A DNA stretch of 64,000 nt from Hyaloraphidium curvatum SAG 235-1. Taxonomy: Eukaryota; Fungi; Monoblepharomycota. Location: positions 186,001 to 250,000 of the forward strand of contig JAIVFI010000001.1 of NCBI GenBank assembly GCA_025558095.1, in the 5' to 3' direction. Of this stretch, positions 52,759 through 61,873 are shown piece by piece; position 1 is the first letter of the stretch, and every line of letters starts with the position of its first letter. Position numbers and translations under genes: made by a program. Under the pieces are notes generated by a model. That model was not told the origin of the DNA. It worked only from the letters and a program-made list of their open reading frames with translations, and did no database searches.

Positions 52759-52834
52759 GGGGATTTCTAAGTGTACGGTGGGATTGCTAGCTCCTCATTA
52801 CACACACGGGACGCCCGTCAGTCGTCAACACAGT

Positions 52835-54973
52835 ATGGACCCCCCTGACACAGGGCAGGGGCCCAATGATGCGGCCGCTCCCGTGGTCCTGCCTGATGGC
52901 AAGGTCTCCCCTGCGCTCGCCGCGGCCTCCTCGGAGGCGCTTGCGAATCCCGTCCACTCTTCCCACGCTCCCGGCGTCGCTGCCTCTCCTCGCCTCCCTG
53001 GCGCGGCAGAGGAGCCCGCGCCGGCCCCCGCTGGTGCTACGGCTCAGCTGACAGGTTCTAAGGAGGACGCTGCTGAATCGACCACTGAAATCCGCCCTGC
53101 GTCCGCCAACGGCGGCGCCCGGGAGGAGCCGGCTCAGCACAATCGTCTCCCGAAAGCAACCGCCCCCGCCACGCGCCTGGGGTCTCGCTCTTTCGCCGCA
53201 GCAACGTCGCGCACCTCGCCCGACCGCCCGATTGTTCGTGTCACGGACGGCGCGATGGCGGAGCATCTGGCTTCTGCCATGCCTTTCTCGGCGCCCACCA
53301 ACTACGCCAAGCTCATCGATCGGGTGCAACCGCACGCCAACGGTCGGGGCTACACGCCGGCCTTCATTGGGCCTGTCCCCCACTGCCTCATCGACCTCAA
53401 CGGTGTGCCAAAGGACCGACGGCGCGTCGTCGCCGAAGCCGTGGCGAAGGCGACCTTCCCCACCACCGTCTTCACGACCGAGACGCGAGGCTACAACCCG
53501 CGTTACTCGCGACTGGACCTCTTCTGTGTTGTTGGTGCTGTCGACGGGGCAGACGCTATCAACGCCTTGGTGGAGCAGGGGGTGCTGGAGGTCAAGTTCC
53601 CAAACGGACCGACGCGTCGGCTGCGCATCCACCCTGTCTTCAAGGACACGCACGCCGAGCTCAAGATCGGGCCCATGATCGTCCCTGGTTCGGTGCACGA
53701 GTGCCCGGACTGGTGGGCCCGCCTCTACGCGACTTTCCAGAACCACTATGGGGCCCCTTGCCAAGTCATTGAAGCGGCTCCCATCTCGGGCACCGACAGC
53801 AACGCCTTCTGGCGGGTCACTTTCGACGTCTCGCAGTGCGGGGTTGATGCCTTCTTTGACCGCGCAGCACGCATTGGCCCACCCTCGTACTGCTTCCTTG
53901 ACTCGTGGGGGACGCTCCTCCAGCACAAGCTCCTTCGCCCAGCTGTCCGCTATGACAGTAGCAACGGACAGTGCGGCCACTGCAAGCGCACGGGCGGCCA
54001 CGTCGGTGACGATGCCACGTGCACCAACTGTGCTTACTGCCCAGACGGTCTCAACCGCATGAATCCCGGCGCCTTTGCCAGCCCGCAAGCACGCCGTGCA
54101 CACGAGGCGGACTGCATTCACAACCCGGCCAACGTACGGCTCTCTCCCCCAACGGTGGAGCCCGCCACGACCCCACGGCTGCCCCCCCTGAGGGAAGAGG
54201 TCGTTCCTCCGCATCTGGCTTCCCCCACCGCCCCTGCGGCCGACGAGTGGCTTACAGCTGGGCCGTCCGGCAAGCGCGCAGGCTCTGCGCCCCCAGCTCT
54301 TGCCCAGCCAGTGGCCAAGGCGTCCCACAACCGGTTTTCGGCACTTGGTGGTGGTAGTGCCGGTGCTTCGGTCGATTGGGGGGAGTCTGACGCCGCCGAA
54401 AAGATGGATTTCCATGGTCTTCCCATTTTGGAGCCGGCTGACAAGGATGGGGACGAGGACATGGGTGGTGCCGACCAGCTGGCCGCTGAGATCGCCATCA
54501 GCAGTGCTGCACAGCAGGTTGCAGCCAATACCGCGCTGGAGGATCTGGAGCTTGCTGCTCCCGCAATGGAGGGCACGGAATCTGCGATGGAGGAGGATGC
54601 CACCGGCTCTGAGGCCTCGGGTGGAAACGACGCTGCCTCCGAAGCCTCTGCTGAGGGCGATGGTTCGAACTCGGAGGCACCAAGCGAAGACATGCACACG
54701 GCCGATGAGGCCGCTGGGGCATCCGCGGTTGGTGATCCTACGATGGCCCCAGGCCCCAAGCACGCAGGCAAGGGCCGTCCCGTGGAGGATGTGGCAGGGA
54801 CAAACCCGGACAAGGTTGCCAAGCCGTATCAGCAAATCGACGTCAAATCCGCCAAAGCGGAACGGAAGGCCAAGGCGGCCGCTCGCAAGCCCGGCTCCCC
54901 CCAGGCCAAGGCCACCTCCATGTCAACCGGATCCCTGCTGCCGGCTCCTGGCTCACCGTCCTTGAATGCCTAA
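52835..54973 (+). CDS. ORF1, gag-like protein (copy 2)
   Basis: Near-identical to 45869-48007. Confidence 0.75.
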   Translation: MDPPDTGQGPNDAAAPVVLPDGKVSPALAAASSEALANPVHSSHAPGVAASPRLPGAAEEPAPAPAGATAQLTGSKEDAAESTTEIRPASANGGAREEPAQHNRLPKATAPATRLGSRSFAAATSRTSPDRPIVRVTDGAMAEHLASAMPFSAPTNYAKLIDRVQPHANGRGYTPAFIGPVPHCLIDLNGVPKDRRRVVAEAVAKATFPTTVFTTETRGYNPRYSRLDLFCVVGAVDGADAINALVEQGVLEVKFPNGPTRRLRIHPVFKDTHAELKIGPMIVPGSVHECPDWWARLYATFQNHYGAPCQVIEAAPISGTDSNAFWRVTFDVSQCGVDAFFDRAARIGPPSYCFLDSWGTLLQHKLLRPAVRYDSSNGQCGHCKRTGGHVGDDATCTNCAYCPDGLNRMNPGAFASPQARRAHEADCIHNPANVRLSPPTVEPATTPRLPPLREEVVPPHLASPTAPAADEWLTAGPSGKRAGSAPPALAQPVAKASHNRFSALGGGSAGASVDWGESDAAEKMDFHGLPILEPADKDGDEDMGGADQLAAEIAISSAAQQVAANTALEDLELAAPAMEGTESAMEEDATGSEASGGNDAASEASAEGDGSNSEAPSEDMHTADEAAGASAVGDPTMAPGPKHAGKGRPVEDVAGTNPDKVAKPYQQIDVKSAKAERKAKAAARKPGSPQAKATSMSTGSLLPAPGSPSLNA

Positions 54974-55817
54974 AACACCACCAAGCAAGTGGCAACGCCG
55001 AGTAGTGGGCTGCTCTTCTCGGCGCCGAGCTCGTCCGGATACCTCCCGGGCGCGGTCAGCCCCTCCATCTTTTGCTGTTTTGCAGTCTTCACCGGTACGC
55101 CAACTACCACTATCTACAACGTCTCACCGAGTTCCGAGGCCGTTCGCGGCAGCAGGGGAGACTTCCGACATTGACCCCGCGTCCCCCGGGGCCCCTCGGC
55201 CAAATGCCGTGCCTAGCTTGGCCGAGGGTCACACTCTGCCCACGCCGCCCCGCGGCTCCTCCCGCTTGCCGGCACCAGCGGGGGGGAAAGGGGCGGCACG
55301 CTCGGAAGTATCTCCCTCCTCGTCACCGCCGATCTTGATCGCTGATGCCCCGGCTTCGGCCGCTTCCATGCTCCCGGCGCACCCAGGCCATCCTCCGTGG
55401 GAAACCCCAGCTGCAACCGCCGTGCCGAGCTTGCAGCTGCCGCCTGCGCCGCCCCGCACAACCCCCGGCACGCCGCCGGCACCAACGGCCGGGGGGGGGC
55501 AGAGCTCCTCGGAAGTATCCACTCCGACGCGCACCTTGCCTCCTTGGTATGCTCACACGGAGCCCGGTTCGCCGGCGCACCTCGAATGGCCAGGTTCCGA
55601 GCTCCTCGATGACGGCGGCCGTGATGCTATCGGTGACGCGTGGTCGGCGCTTGCGGCCTGGCACAGGGCGGGGGGCGACCTGACCGAGTCACAGGAGGTT
55701 TGGATGCGGACACATGCGCTCGACGATTGGGATATCTCGTCGGACAAAGCACCGTCCGCGGTAGCTGATCCTGGCGGCGGGACACCGGCATCGCCGCCGC
55801 CACCGTATTCGCCATGA
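54966..55817 (+). CDS. ORF2, Pro-rich putative protein (copy 2)
   Basis: Same length and overlaps as in copy 1. Confidence 0.4.
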   Translation: MPKTPPSKWQRRVVGCSSRRRARPDTSRARSAPPSFAVLQSSPVRQLPLSTTSHRVPRPFAAAGETSDIDPASPGAPRPNAVPSLAEGHTLPTPPRGSSRLPAPAGGKGAARSEVSPSSSPPILIADAPASAASMLPAHPGHPPWETPAATAVPSLQLPPAPPRTTPGTPPAPTAGGGQSSSEVSTPTRTLPPWYAHTEPGSPAHLEWPGSELLDDGGRDAIGDAWSALAAWHRAGGDLTESQEVWMRTHALDDWDISSDKAPSAVADPGGGTPASPPPPYSP

Positions 55818-58800
55818 GCCGCACGCCGCTCCTGCCTTACAGCTGCCACCGCTGCGCGGCAGCTTTCGCCAACATCGGAGCTCTATCTCTTCATCACCAA
55901 TCTTGCATCGACGGCGATGTGCCGATGGCGGAGGCGCCTGCTGAACCCGGCCTCCATGCGTGCCCGGTTGATGGTTGCCGCTTCCAGCCAACTCCAAACA
56001 AAAACAAACGGGACGGTCATCTTCGGGTTACACGGAGCCCGGAGCACTGGTTGGCGATGCAGCGCCTGTCTGCCGATGCGTTGCGCGCCATGGGGCTCGC
56101 GCGGTGCGGGGGTTGCCGGCGTCCCTACGCCGCAAACGCCTCTGGTGCCGGTGTTTCTGGACAGCACACCTCGTGCAACCCGGACGCAGCTAACCCGCCA
56201 CTCGGCGTCTCTTTAGCTTCGCTTCCACCCGATCTCGTCGAGTTCCTCGACCGCGTGCGTGCCGAGCGGGCGGCTGCCACGGGACGCGCGGAGGGACCGG
56301 CGTCACCGGCGGCATCGTCGGCATCTCCCCGTGCTTCGCCACCCGCGCCCGCGCTGATGGCGGCCCTTGCGGCCGCCCGGGTTGCGGCCGACGCCCCGCA
56401 GGACGTCCAGGCGCAACGGGCGGCGCTGGCGGCGGCGGCGGCGGCGGCGCGTGCCGCCCCGGACGGCGGTGATCCCCCAGGCGGCGACGGCGCGCCGGGC
56501 GGCAACGCCGCGGCTGGCGGGCACGGCAACGGCGGTGATCCGGGCGACCCAGGCGACGGTGGTCCACCCGGGGGTCCCGGGCCTGATCCGCCGCCGGGCG
56601 GGGGCGCGGGGGCGCCGCCGCCGGAGCCGCTGAAGCACCGCTACCGGACCACCACCTGGAGCACGCTCGCCTTCCGGGCCAGCGAGTCTTTCCAACGGGC
56701 CTACGAGGACCCGGCGGCACCGGAAACCGACCTGCACCGCACTCTCACCGCCTACCTTGCGTTTGGCGGCTACGTCATGTCGGGGGACTACATGTACGAG
56801 CAGAACTACTTCGCCGCCCGTCAGGTCAACCGGGGCGCGCGGCGGGACGGGCTGCGGCCGCTCAACTACCAGCTCTTCAAGTCCATCGTGCTTGCCGCCT
56901 TGAAGGGCGCTCCTGGTGCTGCGTCCGCGGCCCTCTCGGGGGAGGCCGTTCCGGCTGGCTTCACGCCCACGCTTCAGGCGGAACTGGAGGAGCTGTACCC
57001 GGGGCCGCGGGAGGGAGAGCCGCTGTGTCGGCTGTCTCTGCCCCCCAACGCGCCCGCGCCCTGCCCCGCCTACACGGACGCGGCTTTCCTGGAGGACATC
57101 TGGGCCCGGTTGCGCCGGAAGAAGGACGGCGTGGGGGCCGGCATGTCGGGTTTCAGCATGGCCAAACTTTTCATCGTGCACAACTGCGAGAACGACGCGA
57201 CGCGACGGAAGCTCCGCCCGCTGGCGGCCATGGTGCACGGCGTGTGCACTGGCCGACTCGACACCCCCATGCTCCGGCCGCTCCTCACGGATCAAATCCT
57301 CGTCCCTCTGCTCAAGCCGGAGGGGGGGCTCCGGCCGATTGGCATTATGGAGGGCATCACGCGGCTCGCGGGCTCGTACCTGGCCGTGCGGCACAAGGCT
57401 CTTCTGAGGAAGCTCCAACAGCAGGAGGACCTGGGTCACGGGGTGGACGGGGGCGCGGAGGCGACCGCCCACGCGGTGAACGCGTGGCTGGCGGCCTTCC
57501 CCGACCACGTCGTCATGAAGGTCGACTCTAGGAACGCCTTCAATACGCTGCGCCGCCTCTTCGCGCGCGAGGTGGTCCGCCAGGTGCCTCAGCTTATCCC
57601 GTACTACAACCTCGTTTACTCGCGCCCTTCCCACGCCTACTTCCGCGACCGGCGCTCGGCGGAGCTCCTTTTCCGGATCACCATGTACGAGGGCAACATC
57701 CAGGGCGACCCGCTGTCGTCTGCCATCTTCTCCTGCGCCATGAGCCGCATGCTGCGGCCCATCCGCTCTGGGCACCCCGACTGCCTCATCCTTGGGTACC
57801 TCGACGACCTCACCGTGGTCGGGCCGCTGGACTCGGTCATGGCCGTCCTGGGAGAGGTGCGTGACGGCCTTGCTTCCCTCGGCATGACCCACCGCCCGGA
57901 CAAGAGCTACCTGCTTTCGCTCTCGACGAACCCGGCCGTGCTGGAGCGGGTGCGCGCGGCCGGTGCGGCCCACAACATCCGCGTCGCTGGCTTCCCGCCT
58001 CACGAGGCCGACCCCGAGGTGCATGCCACGGCGTCGGCCCCGGGCTCGCCTGACTTCGCTCGCTCGTGCGGCCTCAAGGTGGTAGGTGCCCCGGTCGGCA
58101 CCCCTGCCTATGTGGAGTCGTTCCTCGCGGCCAAGATCGACTCCATTGCCGCTCTTCTCGATGAAATCGAGCGCGCTGCGCTCGGCTACGCCATGCCGGC
58201 CGACATCCCCTCCCTCCAGGGCCTGTACTCCCTCCTCCGTCTCTGTGTGACCCAGCTCTTCTCGTTTTGGCTCCGCATTCTCCCCCCCTCGGTTACCCAA
58301 CCCTTTGCTCGACGTCTTGACAACGCGCTTTTCACCACCTTCTTGCGCTTGCTGGGAGATCGGGCCGAGGATCTGGATCCGCTGTCGGTGGAGGGTCGGA
58401 CTGTGCGGGAGCAGGTATTCTTGGGTCTGCACTACTCGGGGATGGGGCTTCTGTCATCGGAGAAGGTGGCCTCGGCGGCTTACCTGTCTTCACTCAACCT
58501 CACGGCGGGCCCCTTGGACGCCATGCTTGGTCTTCGAACCTCGGCCCGGGGTGTGGGCGTGGAGCACGTGCGGGAACTGGTTCCCGTCATCGAGGCCCTC
58601 CGCCCCGCCTTTGAGCGTGTCGAGGATGACACGGCCGCAGCGTACGCCGAGGCTGCGCGTGCTGGGCAACCGGTGGGCGCCGCGCCCGCCCGCCGTACGC
58701 TCCCTGCGGACGCCAGTTTCTTCGCCCAGCCGGTTTGGCACGGCCTGCAGAGCGACCTTACGCGTCTCGAGGACCAGCGCCGCCTCGCGGCTCTGATTGC

Positions 58801-59725
58801 CTTGCAACCCACCACTTCCGCTGGTCTGGAGCGCCGCAAGCGGCTCGTCCAGGCGCAGGACGGCCTGTCGGCTTTCCTGACTGCCTCTCCCGCGCTGCTT
58901 GCCAACCACATTCGCAACAACTTTTTCCGCTTACTTGTACGCTTCCGGCTTTGCCTCCCGCTCCTGTACGAGGCCGACTACCCTGGCCTTTCCTTGCCCT
59001 GCCGGCGGGGCTGCAAGCGATCGGCCATGTCGCTGACGGGGGAGCACGCGTTCTCGGGCTGCTATGGCCGGGATCTCTTCAGTCCTGGTCACGACGACAT
59101 TTGCGCGGCCATCCGCGCGGCGCTTCGCTCCATCCCGCTCCTCCGCGTGCACCCCATGCCGCCAAACCTCCTTGCGCATGGCTACGAGACTGTCACCCCG
59201 CCCACGCCTGCGGATGCTGGCCGCCTTGGCGACGTTCTCATCACGCACCGCGAAACCCGGAAACGGTGGTTGCTCGAGATCAAGACCCTCACCTCTATGG
59301 CCCATTTGCACACGGGCCTGGTCTTCTCGGTCCCGGGCCACGCAGTCGAACGGCGGGTCGAGGCCGCCAGGAAGGACTACTCCCGTTTCGTCTTCAACGC
59401 CAACTTCTACCCTCTGATCGTGCTTGCTTTTGATTCGTACAGCGCTGTCTCTGCCACTTTCTCGCGCTTCTCCTCGGAGATGGGGCGCATCCAGTATCCC
59501 GGGATCGTCGGCCGCGATGGGCAGCCCGTGGACCTCGATGGCCTTTACTCTCGTTTTGTGCGGCGCTTCCGCGAACGGATCGCGGTGGCCTGGGCTCTTG
59601 GCGTCGCGGCCCAACTCCAACACTGGCTTCAGCTGTGCACCGAAGCCGCCGCTGTCAACGCTCCGGCCCCCGCGCCGGTCGCATTTGGTTTGAATGTAGA
59701 TGAGGAGCTGATTCTTGGGGCGTAG
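55814..59725 (+). CDS. Zinc finger-reverse transcriptase-restriction-like endonuclease polyprotein (1303 aa)
   Basis: N-terminal zinc fingers (CHRC..H..C; CPVDGC..H..H; CGGC..H..C). RT motifs LRPIGIME, KVDSRNAFN, QGDPLS and YLDDL. C-terminal C-x3-C...HAFSGC...HDDI...GD(V)LI...LLEIK, a PD-(D/E)xK-type RLE. Confidence 0.92.
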   Translation: MSRTPLLPYSCHRCAAAFANIGALSLHHQSCIDGDVPMAEAPAEPGLHACPVDGCRFQPTPNKNKRDGHLRVTRSPEHWLAMQRLSADALRAMGLARCGGCRRPYAANASGAGVSGQHTSCNPDAANPPLGVSLASLPPDLVEFLDRVRAERAAATGRAEGPASPAASSASPRASPPAPALMAALAAARVAADAPQDVQAQRAALAAAAAAARAAPDGGDPPGGDGAPGGNAAAGGHGNGGDPGDPGDGGPPGGPGPDPPPGGGAGAPPPEPLKHRYRTTTWSTLAFRASESFQRAYEDPAAPETDLHRTLTAYLAFGGYVMSGDYMYEQNYFAARQVNRGARRDGLRPLNYQLFKSIVLAALKGAPGAASAALSGEAVPAGFTPTLQAELEELYPGPREGEPLCRLSLPPNAPAPCPAYTDAAFLEDIWARLRRKKDGVGAGMSGFSMAKLFIVHNCENDATRRKLRPLAAMVHGVCTGRLDTPMLRPLLTDQILVPLLKPEGGLRPIGIMEGITRLAGSYLAVRHKALLRKLQQQEDLGHGVDGGAEATAHAVNAWLAAFPDHVVMKVDSRNAFNTLRRLFAREVVRQVPQLIPYYNLVYSRPSHAYFRDRRSAELLFRITMYEGNIQGDPLSSAIFSCAMSRMLRPIRSGHPDCLILGYLDDLTVVGPLDSVMAVLGEVRDGLASLGMTHRPDKSYLLSLSTNPAVLERVRAAGAAHNIRVAGFPPHEADPEVHATASAPGSPDFARSCGLKVVGAPVGTPAYVESFLAAKIDSIAALLDEIERAALGYAMPADIPSLQGLYSLLRLCVTQLFSFWLRILPPSVTQPFARRLDNALFTTFLRLLGDRAEDLDPLSVEGRTVREQVFLGLHYSGMGLLSSEKVASAAYLSSLNLTAGPLDAMLGLRTSARGVGVEHVRELVPVIEALRPAFERVEDDTAAAYAEAARAGQPVGAAPARRTLPADASFFAQPVWHGLQSDLTRLEDQRRLAALIALQPTTSAGLERRKRLVQAQDGLSAFLTASPALLANHIRNNFFRLLVRFRLCLPLLYEADYPGLSLPCRRGCKRSAMSLTGEHAFSGCYGRDLFSPGHDDICAAIRAALRSIPLLRVHPMPPNLLAHGYETVTPPTPADAGRLGDVLITHRETRKRWLLEIKTLTSMAHLHTGLVFSVPGHAVERRVEAARKDYSRFVFNANFYPLIVLAFDSYSAVSATFSRFSSEMGRIQYPGIVGRDGQPVDLDGLYSRFVRRFRERIAVAWALGVAAQLQHWLQLCTEAAAVNAPAPAPVAFGLNVDEELILGA

Positions 59726-59939
59726 GGGGATTGCTAAGTGTACGGTGGGATTGCTAGCTCCTCATTACAACGACGCCCGTCTCCGGAAACCTTCCGCAAC
59801 GACTTTCCCCGGCCGTTTGCTAAGTATACTCAGCGCCGTTCGCTAATTCACGTACAGGGCCTGCCTGACCCGAAGAGCCGAGCGGGATTCGCGCGCCGGG
59901 TTGGAGCTTCAGGCCCGGTTCTGACCCGGACCGTCGCAC

Positions 59940-59950
59940 TGGTCCGACCT
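59940..59950 (+). promoter_or_regulatory. Candidate tRNA primer-binding site
   Basis: TGGTCCGACCT lies 1 nt after a CA end. It is complementary to a tRNA ending ...AGGTCGGACCA (tRNA-Tyr-like end from memory, unverified). Confidence 0.6.
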
Positions 59951-60106
59951 CCGTGATCCTGCTCTCGGGTCTTCGACACCTCGTTCGACTTCAGTTTCGA
60001 CTTCGATAATCCAAAAACAACTTCGCCTGGCACCGGCGCTTGTCGACTGCCACTTTTTTCTGTCAACCGTATTCCGTCAAGCCAAGTTCATTCCCCTTCG
60101 CTAAAC

Positions 60107-61873
60107 ATGGACCCCGTTCAAGAAGCCGCCCCTCAGCAGGAGGTTCAGCAGCCTCAGGAAGCTAACGATTTGCAGAACAACCCGCAGGCCCAGGCGATCA
60201 TCCAAGCTGCGCAGGCCGCGATCCAGCAAGTCGGCGCCGCCGCCAACGACGTCGCCCAACTCGCCGTACAGCAAGCCGCGCAGCAAGCGGTTGCGGACCA
60301 GCTCGCCGCTCAGCAAGCCGTCATGCAACAGGCAGCGCAGGCGGCCGCCCAGCAAGCCGCCCAGCAAGCCGCCCAGCAAGCCGTCGCCGATCAGCTTGCC
60401 GCTCAGCTCGCGGCGCAACAGACCGCTCAGCAGTTGCCAGCTGCCCAAGTTCAACAGCAAGCCACCGCCGAGCAGCTTGCAGCGCAGCAGCTCCAGCAGC
60501 TCGCCGCACAGCAGCAGGGTCAGCAGGTCGACCAGGCGCAGCAGATCGAGCAAGCCCCGGCTGTCAACGCCGCCGCGGCTGGCCTCCAGCCGCAGCAGTT
60601 CGTTGACGCCGTACGGGCCATCGTCGGCGCCCAGCCGCCGCACGATGGGAACATGGGCCTCCCCCAGGCGGATCGCCAGGGCGGAGCCGCCAAGCTCCCG
60701 GCTCAGCTGCTGCCTGCTTCTGTTCAGCCCTTCGATCCCGCTACGCAGGACCCGGAAGACTTCTTCCGCGACCTCACTACGGTTCTCACGGCGTTCGGCT
60801 CCATCAACAACCTCGTCAAGGTCTTCCCGGTTTTCCTTGGGCCTCTGCCGCGCGCAATGTGGCACAACATCACGCCGCAGAACCGCCCTCCGGACTATCC
60901 CGCGACGGCCACCTATCCTCCGGTGACCCAGAACGATGTGCTTGCCTGGCTACGCTACCACTTCGAGCCCCGCGACGCATCGATGCATTATCGCCGGCAC
61001 TACAACACGATTCAGATGACCAATGATGAGACCCTCGATGCGTTCGTCGCCCGCGTATCCCTGGCCGAGACGCGCTTCCTCTCGCACTGCGGTGATCAGC
61101 TTCCTACCAGGGAAGTGCAAGACAGCGTGGACGGCCAGAACCTGCTCTACGGACTACGCCCGGAGCTACGCGGAAAGGCTCTTGAGCTCCTCGGGGATCA
61201 GCTCATCAACCGCACTTCCGTCACCAAGGTCATCGAGAAGATGCGCACCGTCATACAAGCATCGGGCCCTGCGCAGCCGCGCGACATCCGTTTCCTGGGC
61301 CAGAACTCGATTTCGGAGATTCCGGCCCTGGTCGGCCAGCACTCGTCTTCGGGCTCCTCCAAGGCGACCGACAAGGCGACGACGGAAGTGCTGCTGGCTC
61401 ATACGCAGGCTCTCACAAAACTGCTGGAGCCTAAGGGAGAGCGCAGGCCCACCGGCGGACCGCCGGGGGAGTCTGCGTTCCGGCCTCCGCGCCGTTTCAT
61501 TCCCTTCCAGTCACATCGGAGCCAGCCGTTGCCGCCTTCGGGGCCGAACAGCGACCTCGTCGAGATCAAGGAGCTCATCACCAAGCTGCTGCCGCCGCCT
61601 CGCCATCAGGTTCAGGCCGCGGAGACCAGGTTGAACCCCCCCGCGAGGCCTCCTCCGATCGATCGGCCCCGGCAGCAGCAGGAGCGCCAGGATCGCCGGC
61701 CCTTCACCTCGGAGTACCGCGACCAGAAGCGCTTCCAGCCTCGCCACTGCCATCTCTGTGGCATGGATGGGCATGCGCAGGACGAGTGCTGGGAGCTGGA
61801 GAAGAACGCCAACCGCCGCCCGCTCAACTGGAAGTCTCGCCTCGGCAACACCCCTTCGATGCCAAAAAACTAG
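60107..61873 (+). CDS. gag: Gag of the Ty3/gypsy element
   Basis: Q/A-rich N-terminus; capsid-like QMTNDETLDAFVARV...LLYGLRPELR; CX2CX4HX4C knuckle CHLCGMDGHAQDEC. Confidence 0.9.
   Translation: MDPVQEAAPQQEVQQPQEANDLQNNPQAQAIIQAAQAAIQQVGAAANDVAQLAVQQAAQQAVADQLAAQQAVMQQAAQAAAQQAAQQAAQQAVADQLAAQLAAQQTAQQLPAAQVQQQATAEQLAAQQLQQLAAQQQGQQVDQAQQIEQAPAVNAAAAGLQPQQFVDAVRAIVGAQPPHDGNMGLPQADRQGGAAKLPAQLLPASVQPFDPATQDPEDFFRDLTTVLTAFGSINNLVKVFPVFLGPLPRAMWHNITPQNRPPDYPATATYPPVTQNDVLAWLRYHFEPRDASMHYRRHYNTIQMTNDETLDAFVARVSLAETRFLSHCGDQLPTREVQDSVDGQNLLYGLRPELRGKALELLGDQLINRTSVTKVIEKMRTVIQASGPAQPRDIRFLGQNSISEIPALVGQHSSSGSSKATDKATTEVLLAHTQALTKLLEPKGERRPTGGPPGESAFRPPRRFIPFQSHRSQPLPPSGPNSDLVEIKELITKLLPPPRHQVQAAETRLNPPARPPPIDRPRQQQERQDRRPFTSEYRDQKRFQPRHCHLCGMDGHAQDECWELEKNANRRPLNWKSRLGNTPSMPKN
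61864..61870 (+). promoter_or_regulatory. -1 ribosomal frameshift slippery heptamer A AAA AAC
   Basis: In gag phase immediately before TAG. The -1 frame is open (KKLGLPSVPH...), and a GCCCTC...GGGGGC stem follows. Confidence 0.7.

Larger units (their letters stand above)
45856..52807 (+). mobile_element. Non-LTR retrotransposon (RLE-type, CRE-like), copy 1
   Basis: Three ORFs; short 3' UTR ending CATTACACACAC; flanked by the 10-bp direct repeat GGGACGCCCG (45846-45855 and 52808-52817). Confidence 0.9.
52820..59771 (+). mobile_element. Non-LTR retrotransposon (RLE-type, CRE-like), copy 2, apparently intact
   Basis: Nearly identical to copy 1; ends CATTACAAC; flanked by the 10-bp direct repeat GACGCCCGTC (52810-52819 and 59772-59781). 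Confidence 0.92.

Noticed and set aside
45856-59771. Simple tandem duplication or assembly artefact as the origin of the two copies
   Set aside because: The three junctions differ, each copy has its own TSD and tail, and SNPs are scattered throughout.
45840-59790. Telomere-repeat or spliced-leader target as in Cnl1/MoTeR/CRE
   Set aside because: No TTAGGG arrays or recognisable RNA gene at the junctions.
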